A stretch of DNA of 64,000 bases, from NCBI GenBank assembly GCA_965243735.1, contig CBDEVZ010000008.1, positions 3,867,180-3,931,179 of the forward strand, in the 5' to 3' direction. The position numbers and the translations under genes are program-made. This document shows, in pieces, positions 28,287-37,863 of the stretch. Below the pieces are notes generated by a model. It did not search any database. It was not told the origin of the DNA and saw only the letters and a list, made by a program, of their open reading frames with translations. The stretch's first letter is position 1; each line of letters starts with the position of its first letter. This DNA is from an uncultured Candidatus Binatia bacterium (GTDB lineage Bacteria > Desulfobacterota > Binatia > Bin18).

Positions 28287-28703
28287 CTACATTTGGGGCA
28301 TTTTGGGTACCTTGGGCAGATCCGGGTTCATCACATCCCACGGCTGGGCACTGTCGGTATAAATGTCTACGGCCGGACGAAACCAGCTCGGGTCATCCAG
28401 GCTGGCCGCCTTGAGACCGACGATATCGGGGTTGGCGGACAGCTTCGAGAAGATGCCCGATCCGCACTCGGGGCAGAACCCGCGGCTGACCGTCTCGCCG
28501 CTGTCCGACTGGCTGGTGTAGTAGGTGGGCTCGCCCTGGGTGATGGTGAGGGCGTCTGTGGGCACGGCCAGCACCGGGGCATAGGCCGTACCGGTGGTCC
28601 GCTGACAATCGCGGCAGTGACAGTTGATCGAAAACAGCGGCGCGGCGCGGCTTTCGTAGCGAATCGCGCCGCACAGACATCCGCCCGAAAATGGAGCTGG
28701 CAT
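28287..28703 (-). CDS. GFA family protein (glutathione-dependent formaldehyde-activating / CENP-V zinc fold)
   Basis: GGCLCGAIRY...CHCRDCQRTTG...CPECGS cysteine pattern of GFA. Confidence 0.7.
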   Translation of the reverse strand: MPAPFSGGCLCGAIRYESRAAPLFSINCHCRDCQRTTGTAYAPVLAVPTDALTITQGEPTYYTSQSDSGETVSRGFCPECGSGIFSKLSANPDIVGLKAASLDDPSWFRPAVDIYTDSAQPWDVMNPDLPKVPKMPQM

Positions 28704-28867
28704 ACAGGACCTCCGCGTATGTTGCTCCCAACACAAGTAGCGCATTCCGCAGGCCAGGAGAAGAGGGCGGAGAGGGGAAAGGCGCCTCTTGCATCCCGGC
28801 CCGGATCATTTTATGTCGGGAACACCCGTGCAACGGGAAGATGACGGCACGCTCAAGGAGGAACGGC

Positions 28868-29323
28868 ATGGCATCCAAAGCAAAACTTGACGGAGAATAC
28901 GTCCACGTCAGCTCAGTCGCCTGGCAACCCTTTCCGGGCGAATTTTCAGCCGGCGGCATCCAGTGGAAGCTTCTCCACGTCTCGCCCGAAGCCGGCGCGT
29001 GGACGGCCATCTTTGACTGCCCGCAGGGCTCGTCTTTTGCCAGACATATCCATGTCGGACCGGGCGAATACTTTCTGACCAAGGGGAAAATGGAAGTCCG
29101 GGGCGGCAGCGGGGACGGCGGCGCCACCGCGAGCGCAGTCGGCTATGGCTATGAGGCCTGCAACGCGCGTCACGACCAGACGAATTTTGTCGAAGACAGC
29201 GAGTTCTATATGACCTTCCTGGGCCCCTTGCAGTTTATTGACGAGGACGGCAACACCCTGGCCGTGGTCGGCTGGGAACAGGCCCAGGCGCTGTGGGCCC
29301 AGCAGACGGGCGAGGCTGAATAG
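28868..29323 (+). CDS. Cupin domain protein
   Basis: FARHIHVGPGEYFLTKGKMEV metal-binding cupin motif. 151 aa from MASKAKLDGE. Confidence 0.5.
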   Translation: MASKAKLDGEYVHVSSVAWQPFPGEFSAGGIQWKLLHVSPEAGAWTAIFDCPQGSSFARHIHVGPGEYFLTKGKMEVRGGSGDGGATASAVGYGYEACNARHDQTNFVEDSEFYMTFLGPLQFIDEDGNTLAVVGWEQAQALWAQQTGEAE

Positions 29324-29341
29324 GGGCCTGCCCGCCCCGTA

Positions 29342-30421
29342 TCAGCGCCACGGCTCGACCAGAATCTTGGCGTGCCGCTCGGGCGAGGCCAGCTCCTCAA
29401 AGGCTCCGGCCACGCCCTCGATCCCGACCTTGCCGGTAATCAGCGGCTCGAGCGGCAGCTTGCCATCGGCAATATTGTACAGCGTCTGGCTGAACTCCTC
29501 GCGCGTATAGCCGAGGACGAACTGGAGGTTCAGCTCCTTGTTGATGCCGAACATGGGCTGGATGGTGTCGCTTTCCATGCACACCCCAACGACCACAATC
29601 CGGGCGCCGTGGGGGGCTGAACTCATCATCTGGTCAATCACCCCGGGCACGCCGACACACTCGAACAGGACCGCCGGTCGCAGCGGCGGACCGGTCGCCC
29701 ACGGCGCCTGTTGGGGCGCCGTGTCGGGGTCGGCCACCGCAGCCTCTTTCCAGCTGGCGTAGGGCGAGTGCTGGCGCGGATCGATGACCACATCCGCGCC
29801 CATGGCCTCGGCCAGCTGACGCCGACGGGGGGAGAAGTCCGCAGCCACGACGGGCCGGACATCCTTGAGGCGCAGGGCCGCAATCACGGCCAGGCCGACC
29901 GGACCGCAGCCAATCACCAGCGGCACATCGTCCTTGTCCAGCCGCGCCATCTGGACCGCGTGGTAGCCAACCGCCAGCGGCTCGGTCAGGGCCGCGTATT
30001 CGGTGTCGAGGCCGTTCGGCACCTCCAGCAGCAGTCCCTCGGTCAGCCGCATCAGCTCGCCGTAGCCGCCCGGGTTGTCGTTTGAGTAGCCGACCGTTTC
30101 CACGCCCGCAGGACGGATCAGGACCGGCATCGAGCAGGCCCGGGTGCCGGCTTTGAGCGTCTTGCTCGTCTCGGGCCCGTGGTCAAGCACCTCAACGCAG
30201 AACTCGTGGCCCATGACAATGTCACGTTTGAGGTCCATGTTGAACGCGCCGCCCGACTGCTTGGAAATCTCGACCAGCTTCTGGGCGTGCTTGAGGGTGT
30301 GCAGGTCTGAGCCGCAGATGCCGCAGGCCAGGGTTTTGACCAGGACTTCGCCCGGTCCGGGCTGTGGAGTCGGGACATCATCAACCACCAGTTTTTGGTC
30401 TCGCATCACCGCCGCGCGCAT
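29342..30421 (-). CDS. Zinc-dependent alcohol dehydrogenase (MDR family)
   Basis: GHEFCVEV catalytic Zn motif, LACGICGSDLH structural Zn, VIGCGPVGL NAD-binding. Confidence 0.8.
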   Translation of the reverse strand: MRAAVMRDQKLVVDDVPTPQPGPGEVLVKTLACGICGSDLHTLKHAQKLVEISKQSGGAFNMDLKRDIVMGHEFCVEVLDHGPETSKTLKAGTRACSMPVLIRPAGVETVGYSNDNPGGYGELMRLTEGLLLEVPNGLDTEYAALTEPLAVGYHAVQMARLDKDDVPLVIGCGPVGLAVIAALRLKDVRPVVAADFSPRRRQLAEAMGADVVIDPRQHSPYASWKEAAVADPDTAPQQAPWATGPPLRPAVLFECVGVPGVIDQMMSSAPHGARIVVVGVCMESDTIQPMFGINKELNLQFVLGYTREEFSQTLYNIADGKLPLEPLITGKVGIEGVAGAFEELASPERHAKILVEPWR

Positions 30422-30474
30422 TGTCGTGTCTCCTTCTTGTCTTCCGCCGTTCCGCGTTTATCATTCAGCAGGCA

Positions 30475-31827
30475 TTATTCCCGTTTCGTCCGCATGGTCA
30501 CAAACTCTTCGGCTGCGGTGGGATGAATCCCGATGGTCGCGTCAAACTGGGCCTTGGTCGCCCCGCACTTCACGGCCACCGAAAAGCCCTGGATGATCTC
30601 GCCGGCCTCGGGACCGACCATATGGCAGCCCAGCACCCGGTCGGACGCCGGGTCAACCACGAGTTTCATGAATGTCCGTTCGGCCCGGCCGCTCAGCGTA
30701 TGCTTGAGGGGTCGGAAGCTCGAGGTGTAGACGTCGATGGCCGGGTAGCGCTGGCGCGCCTCGTCCTCGGTCAAACCGACTGTGCCAATCGGCGGGTGGC
30801 TGAAGACTGCGGTGGCCACATTGGTGTGGTCGGGCTGGGTCGGCCGGTCGTGAAACAGGGTCTCGGCCACAGCCTGGCCCTCGGCAATGGCCATGGGCGT
30901 CAGGTTCAGCCGGTCGGTGCAATCGCCAATGGCAAAGATGTGCGGCACTGTGGAGCGCGAGTAGGCGTCAACCGTGACCGCGCCAATGTCGTTCATCTCC
31001 ACCCCAGCGGCTTCGAGCCCGATATTGTAGGTGTTCGGCAGACGCCCGGTGGCGTACATGATCAGGTCGGTTTCCAGACGCGTGCCGTCTCCGAGGGTGG
31101 CTGTGAGCCCACCGTCGTGTTTGTCGATCCGGGCGATATCGGCCTTGAAACGCAGATCGACCTCGCGCTTGCGCATCTCCTCGGCCAGCACGCTGCGGAC
31201 ATCGGCATCAAAACCGCGCAAAAACAACTCGCCCCGGTACAGCTCGGTCACCTCAACGCCGAGGCCGTGGAAAATCGTGGCAAACTCGACCGCAATATAG
31301 CCCCCGCCAACGATGATGACCCGTTGCGGCAGGCGGTCCAGATAAAACGCCTCGTTGGACGAGATGGCGTGTTCGATGCCGGGGATCTGGGGCAGATACG
31401 GCCAGCTGCCGGTCGCCACCAGGATGTACTCGGCCGTATACGAGCGGCCGTCGACGGCAACCGTGTGCGGGTCGACGAGCCGCGCCCGGCCCTCGATAAT
31501 CTCCGCCCCGGCGTTGCTCAGCAGGTTGCGATAGATGCCGTTGAGGCGTTCGATCTCCACGTTTTTATTGGCGACCAGGGTCGGCCAATCGACGCTCGGC
31601 TGACCCACGCTCCAGCCAAAGCCGGCCGCGTCTTCAAAATGATCCCGAAACTCGGCCGCATACACAAACAGCTTTTTTGGAATACAGCCGACATTCACGC
31701 ACGTTCCGCCCAGGTAGCGTTCCTCAACAACGGCCACCCGCGCGCCATAGGCTGCGGACATGCGGCTGGCGCGCACTCCGCCCGAGCCGGCGCCGATCAC
31801 AAACAGGTCATAGTCATACGTACTCAT
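30475..31827 (-). CDS. Glutathione-disulfide reductase-like FAD/NAD(P) pyridine nucleotide-disulfide oxidoreductase
   Basis: [13 protein letters not shown] redox-active disulfide motif, GAGSGG FAD site. 450 aa. Confidence 0.8.
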   Translation of the reverse strand: MSTYDYDLFVIGAGSGGVRASRMSAAYGARVAVVEERYLGGTCVNVGCIPKKLFVYAAEFRDHFEDAAGFGWSVGQPSVDWPTLVANKNVEIERLNGIYRNLLSNAGAEIIEGRARLVDPHTVAVDGRSYTAEYILVATGSWPYLPQIPGIEHAISSNEAFYLDRLPQRVIIVGGGYIAVEFATIFHGLGVEVTELYRGELFLRGFDADVRSVLAEEMRKREVDLRFKADIARIDKHDGGLTATLGDGTRLETDLIMYATGRLPNTYNIGLEAAGVEMNDIGAVTVDAYSRSTVPHIFAIGDCTDRLNLTPMAIAEGQAVAETLFHDRPTQPDHTNVATAVFSHPPIGTVGLTEDEARQRYPAIDVYTSSFRPLKHTLSGRAERTFMKLVVDPASDRVLGCHMVGPEAGEIIQGFSVAVKCGATKAQFDATIGIHPTAAEEFVTMRTKRE

Positions 31828-31832
31828 GCCGC

Positions 31833-32126
31833 CTACCTTTCAGCGAAAATGTCCTCGGCTTTTTCGTGCAGAATAATCAGCGGGTCGCGGGGATCGCCCA
31901 GCGCCAGGGCGCTTTTTGTCGGACGGGTCAGGGCCACCGGCGAACAGGCGTAGCGCTCGGCCAGTTTGCACGCCTCCTGAATCAGGGCCTCGGCCTGGGC
32001 GCGCGGGTCGGCCGTCGCAATCAGCTCCGACAGCTGGTTCTTTTCGTTTTCCAGCTCGTACCAGAACTGGGCCGCCCGGCGAAACAGGGGGGTCTCAATC
32101 GGCAGGATTTTTTCCACTCCACGCAT
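31833..32126 (-). CDS. Hypothetical small protein (97 aa)
   Basis: [34 protein letters not shown]... Immediately upstream of, and co-directional with, the reductase gene. Domain unknown. Confidence 0.35.
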   Translation of the reverse strand: MRGVEKILPIETPLFRRAAQFWYELENEKNQLSELIATADPRAQAEALIQEACKLAERYACSPVALTRPTKSALALGDPRDPLIILHEKAEDIFAER

Positions 32127-32168
32127 GGATTTTTCATAGCAGTTTTTGTGTGATTTACTAGACGCCGC

Positions 32169-33032
32169 ATGGACCGCTTCGATCTCGACACCGCCTACTG
32201 GCTGGCCCGGGCGGCCCGGGCCGCCTATCCGGACCGGCTGCACGACGGCCCCAGCCGGCTCGGCGTGGAGCGGGTGCAGGTGTTTGAGCGGGGCGTGGTG
32301 GCCGGTTTTGCCGGACGCTGGGGCGAGAGTATCGTAGTCGCCTTTCAGGGCACGCCAACACCGAACAAGGGCGGTCAGCCGCGGCAGCTGGCCGAGGCCC
32401 TGGCAACCGGACTGGATACCGGGCTGACGCGTCACAAGGGCGTGCCGGGGGCGATCCACCGCGGCTTTGCCCGCGCGCTTGGCACCCTCACCACGCTCAT
32501 GCCCGAACTTCTGCGTAGCGTGTCGGACACCCGCCACAGGCCGCACGTGTGGCTGACCGGTCACAGCCTGGGCGGAGCCCTGGCCATCCTGGCCGCCCAG
32601 TGCGTTGCGGGCCGGCCCGGTCCGCTGCCGTGCGTGTATACCTATGGCGCGCCACGGGTCGGCAACCGGGCCTTTGGCCAGGGCTACGCCCCGGTCCATT
32701 ACCGGCTGGAGCGGCGCAAAGACCTCGTCCCCTACGCCTTTCCGCTTTACACCGCAGGATTTCTGTGGGGAGCCTGGCACCCCCTGCTGCTGCCCCTGTC
32801 CCTGCCCTTCTCCGGCCTGCCGGGCAGGTATAAGCATACCGGCATCCGCTGCTGCCTGGACGGAGGGCGGCTTGAGATTGGCGGCACCTTCGAGCCGCTG
32901 GTCGACCCGCTGGACATGGTTGCGGCCCGGCTGGGCAGGGAACACAATATCGACACCTATCTGGCCGACCTCGAAAAGAAGCCCCGCATCACCCATCGCG
33001 CTGTGGTGCAAGAGGTCGCGCCGGCGGGCTGA
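32169..33032 (+). CDS. Lipase class 3 (alpha/beta hydrolase) family protein
   Basis: VWLTGHSLGGALA nucleophile elbow typical of fungal-type lipase_3. 287 aa. Confidence 0.75.
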   Translation: MDRFDLDTAYWLARAARAAYPDRLHDGPSRLGVERVQVFERGVVAGFAGRWGESIVVAFQGTPTPNKGGQPRQLAEALATGLDTGLTRHKGVPGAIHRGFARALGTLTTLMPELLRSVSDTRHRPHVWLTGHSLGGALAILAAQCVAGRPGPLPCVYTYGAPRVGNRAFGQGYAPVHYRLERRKDLVPYAFPLYTAGFLWGAWHPLLLPLSLPFSGLPGRYKHTGIRCCLDGGRLEIGGTFEPLVDPLDMVAARLGREHNIDTYLADLEKKPRITHRAVVQEVAPAG

Positions 33033-33046
33033 AGGAGGAGACGCGC

Positions 33047-33700
33047 GTGGCACATTCCGATGTCGAGTGGTATCTGAACGGCGAATACTGTGAGGCGTGC
33101 AGCTGCGATTACGTCTGCCCCTGCCTGTATACCAACCTGGAGGCGTTGCCCAGCCGCACCTCGTGTACTGCGCTGGGCGGCTACCACATTGAGACCGGAC
33201 GGTTTGGCGATACGGTTCTGGACGGGCTGAATTTTGCTACGGTCGTGCGCTCTCCCGGAGCGATGATTGAGGGCAACTGGACGGTGGGGCTAATTGTGGA
33301 CGAGCGGGCCAGCCCGGACCAGCGGCAGGCCCTGACCGCGATTGCCAGCGGCCAGCACGGCGGCCCGTTCGCCCCGCTGGCCCATCTGGTCGGCGATTTC
33401 CGCGGCGTCGAAGCCAGGCCCATCCAGTTTGTCAAGAACAGTGACCACAGCCGCACCCTGACGATTCCCGGCGCCGTGGAGCACCAGGTTGAAGGGATGA
33501 TGAGTCCGGTCGTTCCCAACCAGCCGCTGATGATGGATAATACCCTGCACTTCGCCAATACACGCATCGGGCTGGCCAGAGTCGTGCGGATGCTGGTTAA
33601 CGCCTTTGGCATTGACTGGCAGGACACGAGCGGACAGGCCAACGGCCACTACACCGCGATTCGATGGCGCAGCGACAGCGACACCCCACTCTCGACCTAA
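33047..33700 (+). CDS. DUF1326 domain protein
   Basis: N-terminal CEACSCDYVCPC cysteine cluster characteristic of DUF1326. Confidence 0.55.
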   Translation: MAHSDVEWYLNGEYCEACSCDYVCPCLYTNLEALPSRTSCTALGGYHIETGRFGDTVLDGLNFATVVRSPGAMIEGNWTVGLIVDERASPDQRQALTAIASGQHGGPFAPLAHLVGDFRGVEARPIQFVKNSDHSRTLTIPGAVEHQVEGMMSPVVPNQPLMMDNTLHFANTRIGLARVVRMLVNAFGIDWQDTSGQANGHYTAIRWRSDSDTPLST

Positions 33701-33712
33701 AGGAGAGCAGCG

Positions 33713-35158
33713 ATGACAGACCAATTTGTCGATCTCGACGCAACCGCCCAGGCTGAACTGATCCGCAACGGCGAGGTGCAGGCCCTCGAACTCGTCGAGG
33801 CGGCCATTACCCGGATTGAAAAACTCAACCCCCAGCTTAACGCGGTCATCCATCCCCTGTTCGAAAAGGCCTGCGCCCAGGCGAGGTCTGCCGAACTGCC
33901 CGACGGCCCGTTTCGGGGCGTCCCGTTTGTCATGAAAGACCTGCTCGGCGGTCCGGCCGGTGAGCCCCTGCACAACGGCATGCAGCTACTCAAAACGCTC
34001 GGCTATACCTCGCCCCAGGACACCTATCTGTCGGAAAAATTTCGGCAGGCCGGATTCATCAGCGTGGGCCGCACCAATACCCCCGAGTGGGGCCTGATGG
34101 GCACGACAGAGCCGGCCGCCTACGGTCCGACCCACAACCCGTGGAATCTGGCCCACTCGCCCGGCGGCTCGAGCGGGGGCAGTGCGGCTGCGGTCGCCGC
34201 CCGGCTGGTGGCCGTCGGCCACGGCGGAGACGGCGGGGGTTCACTGCGCATCCCGGCCAGCATGTGCGGCATTGTCGGCCTCAAGCCGAGCCGTGGCCGG
34301 CTGTCTCTGGGACCGGCCATGGGCGAGTGCTGGCACGGCCTGGCCACCGAAGGGGTAATGACCCGTTCCGTCCGCGATATGGCCGGCGTGCTCGACGCCG
34401 CGGCCGGCACCATGCCGGGCGACCCGTATGCTGCGCCGTCTCCAGCGCGGCCCTACCAAGAGGAAGTCACCCGCCAGCCCGGTCGCCTGCGGGTCGGCCT
34501 GATGCTGCAAACGCCGGCCAACAGAACGCCCCTGCACGGCGAGTGCAAGACGGCGGTCGAGCAGACCGGCCGGCTGCTCGAATCGCTCGGCCACAGCGTT
34601 GAGGTCGCGCATCCGGCCGCCTACGACGAGCCCGAATGGCTGGCCCACTTCGGGCGGGTGGTCCAGGCTCATAGCAGCTTCACCGCCCATGACCTCGGCA
34701 CGGCCCTCGGGCGGGCCTTGGAGCCGGACGATGTGGAGCCGTATACCTGGGGACTGATTGAGGAAGGCCGCAAGGTTTCGGCCGAGCACTACCTGGCCTC
34801 GGCCAACTGGCTCCAGATCTGGACACGGCGGATGGCGAGCTGGTGGACCGAGGGTTTTGACCTGCTGGTCACCTCGACGCTCGGTGAGCCGCCGCCGGTA
34901 CTGGGCGATATGGGCGGCCCGAGCGAGGACGTTGTGGCCAAGTGGCAGCGCAATATCGAGGTAATTCCGTTCACCCCGGCGTGTAATGCCACCGGACAGC
35001 CGGCCCTGTCACTGCCCCTGGCCTGGAGTGCCGACGGGCTGCCGATCGGCGTCCATTTCGTGCCGGCCTACGGACACGAAGACCTGCTGCTGCGGCTTGC
35101 GGCCCAGCTCGAAGCGGCCCAGCCGTGGGCGACCCAGCGTCCCCCGGTGTGCGCCTGA
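33713..35158 (+). CDS. Amidase (amidase-signature family)
   Basis: GGSSGGSAAAVAA signature, Ser-cisSer-Lys triad context. 481 aa. Confidence 0.85.
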   Translation: MTDQFVDLDATAQAELIRNGEVQALELVEAAITRIEKLNPQLNAVIHPLFEKACAQARSAELPDGPFRGVPFVMKDLLGGPAGEPLHNGMQLLKTLGYTSPQDTYLSEKFRQAGFISVGRTNTPEWGLMGTTEPAAYGPTHNPWNLAHSPGGSSGGSAAAVAARLVAVGHGGDGGGSLRIPASMCGIVGLKPSRGRLSLGPAMGECWHGLATEGVMTRSVRDMAGVLDAAAGTMPGDPYAAPSPARPYQEEVTRQPGRLRVGLMLQTPANRTPLHGECKTAVEQTGRLLESLGHSVEVAHPAAYDEPEWLAHFGRVVQAHSSFTAHDLGTALGRALEPDDVEPYTWGLIEEGRKVSAEHYLASANWLQIWTRRMASWWTEGFDLLVTSTLGEPPPVLGDMGGPSEDVVAKWQRNIEVIPFTPACNATGQPALSLPLAWSADGLPIGVHFVPAYGHEDLLLRLAAQLEAAQPWATQRPPVCA

Positions 35159-35319
35159 GAGACACAGCCCATCGGCCGGAAACCTAGGCCACCAAGCTCC
35201 GGGCTGAAGATGCTTCGGCCCGGCGCCTGTTTTGCCTAAAATTCTTCAGCCGCGCCTGGCCGGCCTTGACCCGTAAGCCCTTAATTTTCCTACACTCGCT
35301 CCCGGCCACCGATCCCGCC

Positions 35320-35358
35320 GCGTCCGATACCGGCCACAGTGTTAAGTTTGGGCGGGCA
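35320..35358. repeat. Direct repeat A (gcgtccgata-N-agtgttaag-ttggg...gggcgggc), downstream boundary of the arsM module
   Basis: About 85% identical to the copy at 36773-36818 (which has a 7-nt insertion), same orientation. Confidence 0.45.
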
Positions 35359-35493
35359 GCCACACCCGTCGGCAGGGGAGGCTCACCCAACAACAGGGCC
35401 AGGCCATAAGACACTCTTTCACGAGGCCCTTACTGCTGCTGAGCGAACTCCGGGCGCAGAATCTCTGTCTCGGGGCAAGAGGGGGATCTCTGC

Positions 35494-36312
35494 TCAGCCC
35501 ACAGAGGGTTTCCGCGCGCGGACGAAGGCACTGCCGAACTTGCCGTCCACCTCAGCGGCCACGGCCTCCACATCAATCCCTGTGTCGGAAAGATAGGCCC
35601 GCGCATCCTCGATACGGTAAATCCGCGTGGGCTCCAGAGCGATATCAACAAAGCCCGCCCGAGCGAGTTTGGTCCGGTAGTCGTGCTCTTCCAACGCGCC
35701 GGCGATACACCCGATCCACAGTTCAAGGTTACGTTGAATCGGCTCCGGGATCGCTCCACGCACGACAATGTCCGACACCGCAAACCGGCCGTCTGGGCGC
35801 AGCACGCGAAAAGCTTCCGAGAGGACGCGATCTTTGTCTGCTGCCAGATTAATCACGCAGTTGGAGATAATGACGTCAACCGCGTTGTCAGGCAGCGGAA
35901 TGGCTTCCATCTCGCCTTTCAGAAACTCGACATTGTCGAGCCCCGCCTTGCGTTGGTTGTCGCGCGCTAAGGCCAGCATTTCGTCGGTCATATCGAGACC
36001 ATAGACTTTTCCTGTGGGACCGACTCGGCGGGCCGACAGGAGCACATCTATCCCGCCGCCCGAGCCGAGATCGAGCACGGTCTCGCCTGGGTTGAGCTGG
36101 GCCAGGGCTGTGGGGTTGCCACAGCCGAGCGAGGCGGCAAGCGCCTCCAGCGGAAGCCCCGCGATCTGCTCCTCGGCGTAGAGGTGGGAGGTAATCGGAT
36201 CATCGGCACTCGCGGTTGCCGCCCCGCAGCACGCCCGGTCCCCCTGGGCGGCTTGGAGCGCCGCCTTGCCGTACACTGCCTTGACTTGCTGTTTCACATC
36301 CTGGCTTTGCAT
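35494..36312 (-). CDS. arsM: Arsenite S-adenosylmethionine methyltransferase ArsM
   Basis: N-terminal CCG cysteine pair, [12 protein letters not shown] motif, SNCVINL and C-terminal Cys (IGCIAGAL) typical of ArsM/AS3MT. AAGGAGG RBS. Confidence 0.8.
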   Translation of the reverse strand: MQSQDVKQQVKAVYGKAALQAAQGDRACCGAATASADDPITSHLYAEEQIAGLPLEALAASLGCGNPTALAQLNPGETVLDLGSGGGIDVLLSARRVGPTGKVYGLDMTDEMLALARDNQRKAGLDNVEFLKGEMEAIPLPDNAVDVIISNCVINLAADKDRVLSEAFRVLRPDGRFAVSDIVVRGAIPEPIQRNLELWIGCIAGALEEHDYRTKLARAGFVDIALEPTRIYRIEDARAYLSDTGIDVEAVAAEVDGKFGSAFVRARKPSVG

Positions 36313-36431
36313 GCTGACCTCCTTCTGTCGCGTGCTGGCTTCTGCCCGAACTCGAAGGCCGTGTCGACGGAGTGCCCGGGCAGACTCCGCCGCAGGGGAA
36401 CCGGCGTGCCCTGGTCGAACAGGACTTTCAT
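36296..36431 (-). pseudogene. DUF5615 (Mut7-C/PIN-like toxin) N-terminal remnant, truncated by arsM
   Basis: MKVLFDQGTPVPLRRSLPGHSVDTAFEFGQ matches the DUF5615 N-terminus, then runs into the arsM RBS and start. Its ATG overlaps the DUF433 stop (ATGA). Confidence 0.55.
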
Positions 36432-36648
36432 GCCGGGCTGGACGCCGTTAGCGACCGGGCCGCATGCTCCAGGACGGAGGCGGCTTGCCAGCTCGCCACG
36501 CCAGGGAACCATGCGAGGAATTGGTCCAGCGTCGCCCCGTCTTTGAGATTCTCGAACAACGCGGCGCCCGGGTGCCGCGAAAGACCCAGGCCCCGCCACA
36601 CTTGCCCGGGTCGCGCTCAACGGCCGGACACGTTTCCCAGTCGGTCAT
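36428..36648 (-). pseudogene. DUF433 antitoxin-like protein with a 1-nt frameshift
   Basis: MTDWETCPAVERDPGKCGGAWVFRGTR in one frame, then ALFENLKDGATLDQFLAWFPGVASWQAASVLEHAARSLTASSPA in the -1 frame. Together they form a full-length DUF433. Shift near 36560-36570. Confidence 0.6.
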
Positions 36649-36772
36649 AGACTCACCTCCTCCTCTGCATAGCGGAGGAGCCCGCCTGATCGCAAGTTCC
36701 TCCGCAGCGGCGGGACCGTGGCGCGGGAAGACTCGGATTTTCCTGCATCCGGGCGCGGACGCTCAGGCGGCT

Positions 36773-36818
36773 GCGTCCGATAACGCCTCAAGTGTTAAGC
36801 TTGGGAGAGAGGGCGGGC
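36773..36818. repeat. Direct repeat B, upstream boundary of the DUF433/arsM module
   Basis: gcgtccgataacgcctcaagtgttaagcttgggagagagggcgggc. See repeat A. Confidence 0.45.
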
Positions 36819-36954
36819 TCATCTCCAAAGGCGCATAACAATGTTTATCCTACATGCTCAAACGGCTGTCCGGATCGGCGACCAGAGTCAGCTTGCTGAT
36901 GTTGGGAACACAGTCATTCAGGATCGCGTCTCGCCAGTGACTCATTAGCCACAC

Positions 36955-37848
36955 TCAATTCGTCCCATTCATCCTTGTGTCGATCAATTGCTTCAAGGTA
37001 ACAAAGTCGGCGGGCTGGACACTCGTGTCTTTTTGCAGAAGATCCTTCACGATCTCATTGATTTTTTCGCGGCCTTGTAGAACAGTCCCGTCCATTGCTT
37101 GCACGGAAAAGCAACCGGAATTAATGACCTGGGCAAAGACTTTCTTACCTTGAACCATGCACAGCCATTCGCCCGTGCCAAAGGCGAGAGTGCTCTGACC
37201 ACCTGTCATAAGTTCTACACATTCATGGAACCTGTGTTCCACTTCATCTGCTGAAACCGTTTGGTCAACAGTTGACCGATACTGACCGAATTGGTTCGCG
37301 TTTATCAGCCTTTGAAGGGCTTTTCCTTTTGTGGAAAAGTCCGCAGGATTCGAGAACTTTTCTATCCAGTTCCTCTTCAATTCCTCTCGTATCGATATCA
37401 CGACGTGGTTTGCGGCATCAAGAAATAGTCGCTCGTTGGCGCATTTCAGGACTTTTTCTTCAAGATCGCCCTGGCTGGCCTGACAAAACTGTGAGTGGAG
37501 GAGATAGGCTGGCTCTAAAAAATAGTTTTCGATTTCACGCCGTCTCCAAACAAGGAGGTTGCGCGTCGCGGGATTAGGGAAATTATTCCAGCACCGGTCT
37601 ACGAAGTCATCCTTGTGGTGATCGCGGTCGATCAAGAAATAATATGTCGGGTGGTAGCTGCTTAAGGCCTCTGCAACACTTTCTACGTAGAACGATGGGC
37701 CGAGAGTCTCAATCTGGATCCTATTATCGAACAATTCGTTGAGCGCTTTGGAATCAACCGATTCCTCATCTTTCCCTTCCACAAAGAGCACATGTTGGCC
37801 TTGAAATCGGACTTCTTCGGCACGGATTCCTCTTTTTACGCTGACCAT
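36955..37848 (-). CDS. DUF4435 (OLD-type TOPRIM-like) protein, AriB/AbiLi-like
   Basis: VLFVEGKDEESVD matches the xLxVEGxxD TOPRIM motif of DUF4435. 297 aa. Overlaps and follows the ATPase gene. Region visibly AT-richer than flanks. Confidence 0.6.
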   Translation of the reverse strand: MVSVKRGIRAEEVRFQGQHVLFVEGKDEESVDSKALNELFDNRIQIETLGPSFYVESVAEALSSYHPTYYFLIDRDHHKDDFVDRCWNNFPNPATRNLLVWRRREIENYFLEPAYLLHSQFCQASQGDLEEKVLKCANERLFLDAANHVVISIREELKRNWIEKFSNPADFSTKGKALQRLINANQFGQYRSTVDQTVSADEVEHRFHECVELMTGGQSTLAFGTGEWLCMVQGKKVFAQVINSGCFSVQAMDGTVLQGREKINEIVKDLLQKDTSVQPADFVTLKQLIDTRMNGTN

Positions 37849-37863
37849 TTATCTATCGTCCTC

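Noticed and set aside
30364-31953. 529-aa plus-strand ORF opposite the glutathione-reductase-like gene
   Set aside because: Antisense artefact of a GC-rich gene with clear FAD/NAD motifs on the minus strand.
31833-33053. 406-aa minus-strand ORF in the track
   Set aside because: Only the first ~97 codons (31833-32126) look protein-like. The remainder is antisense to the class-3 lipase gene and was not called.
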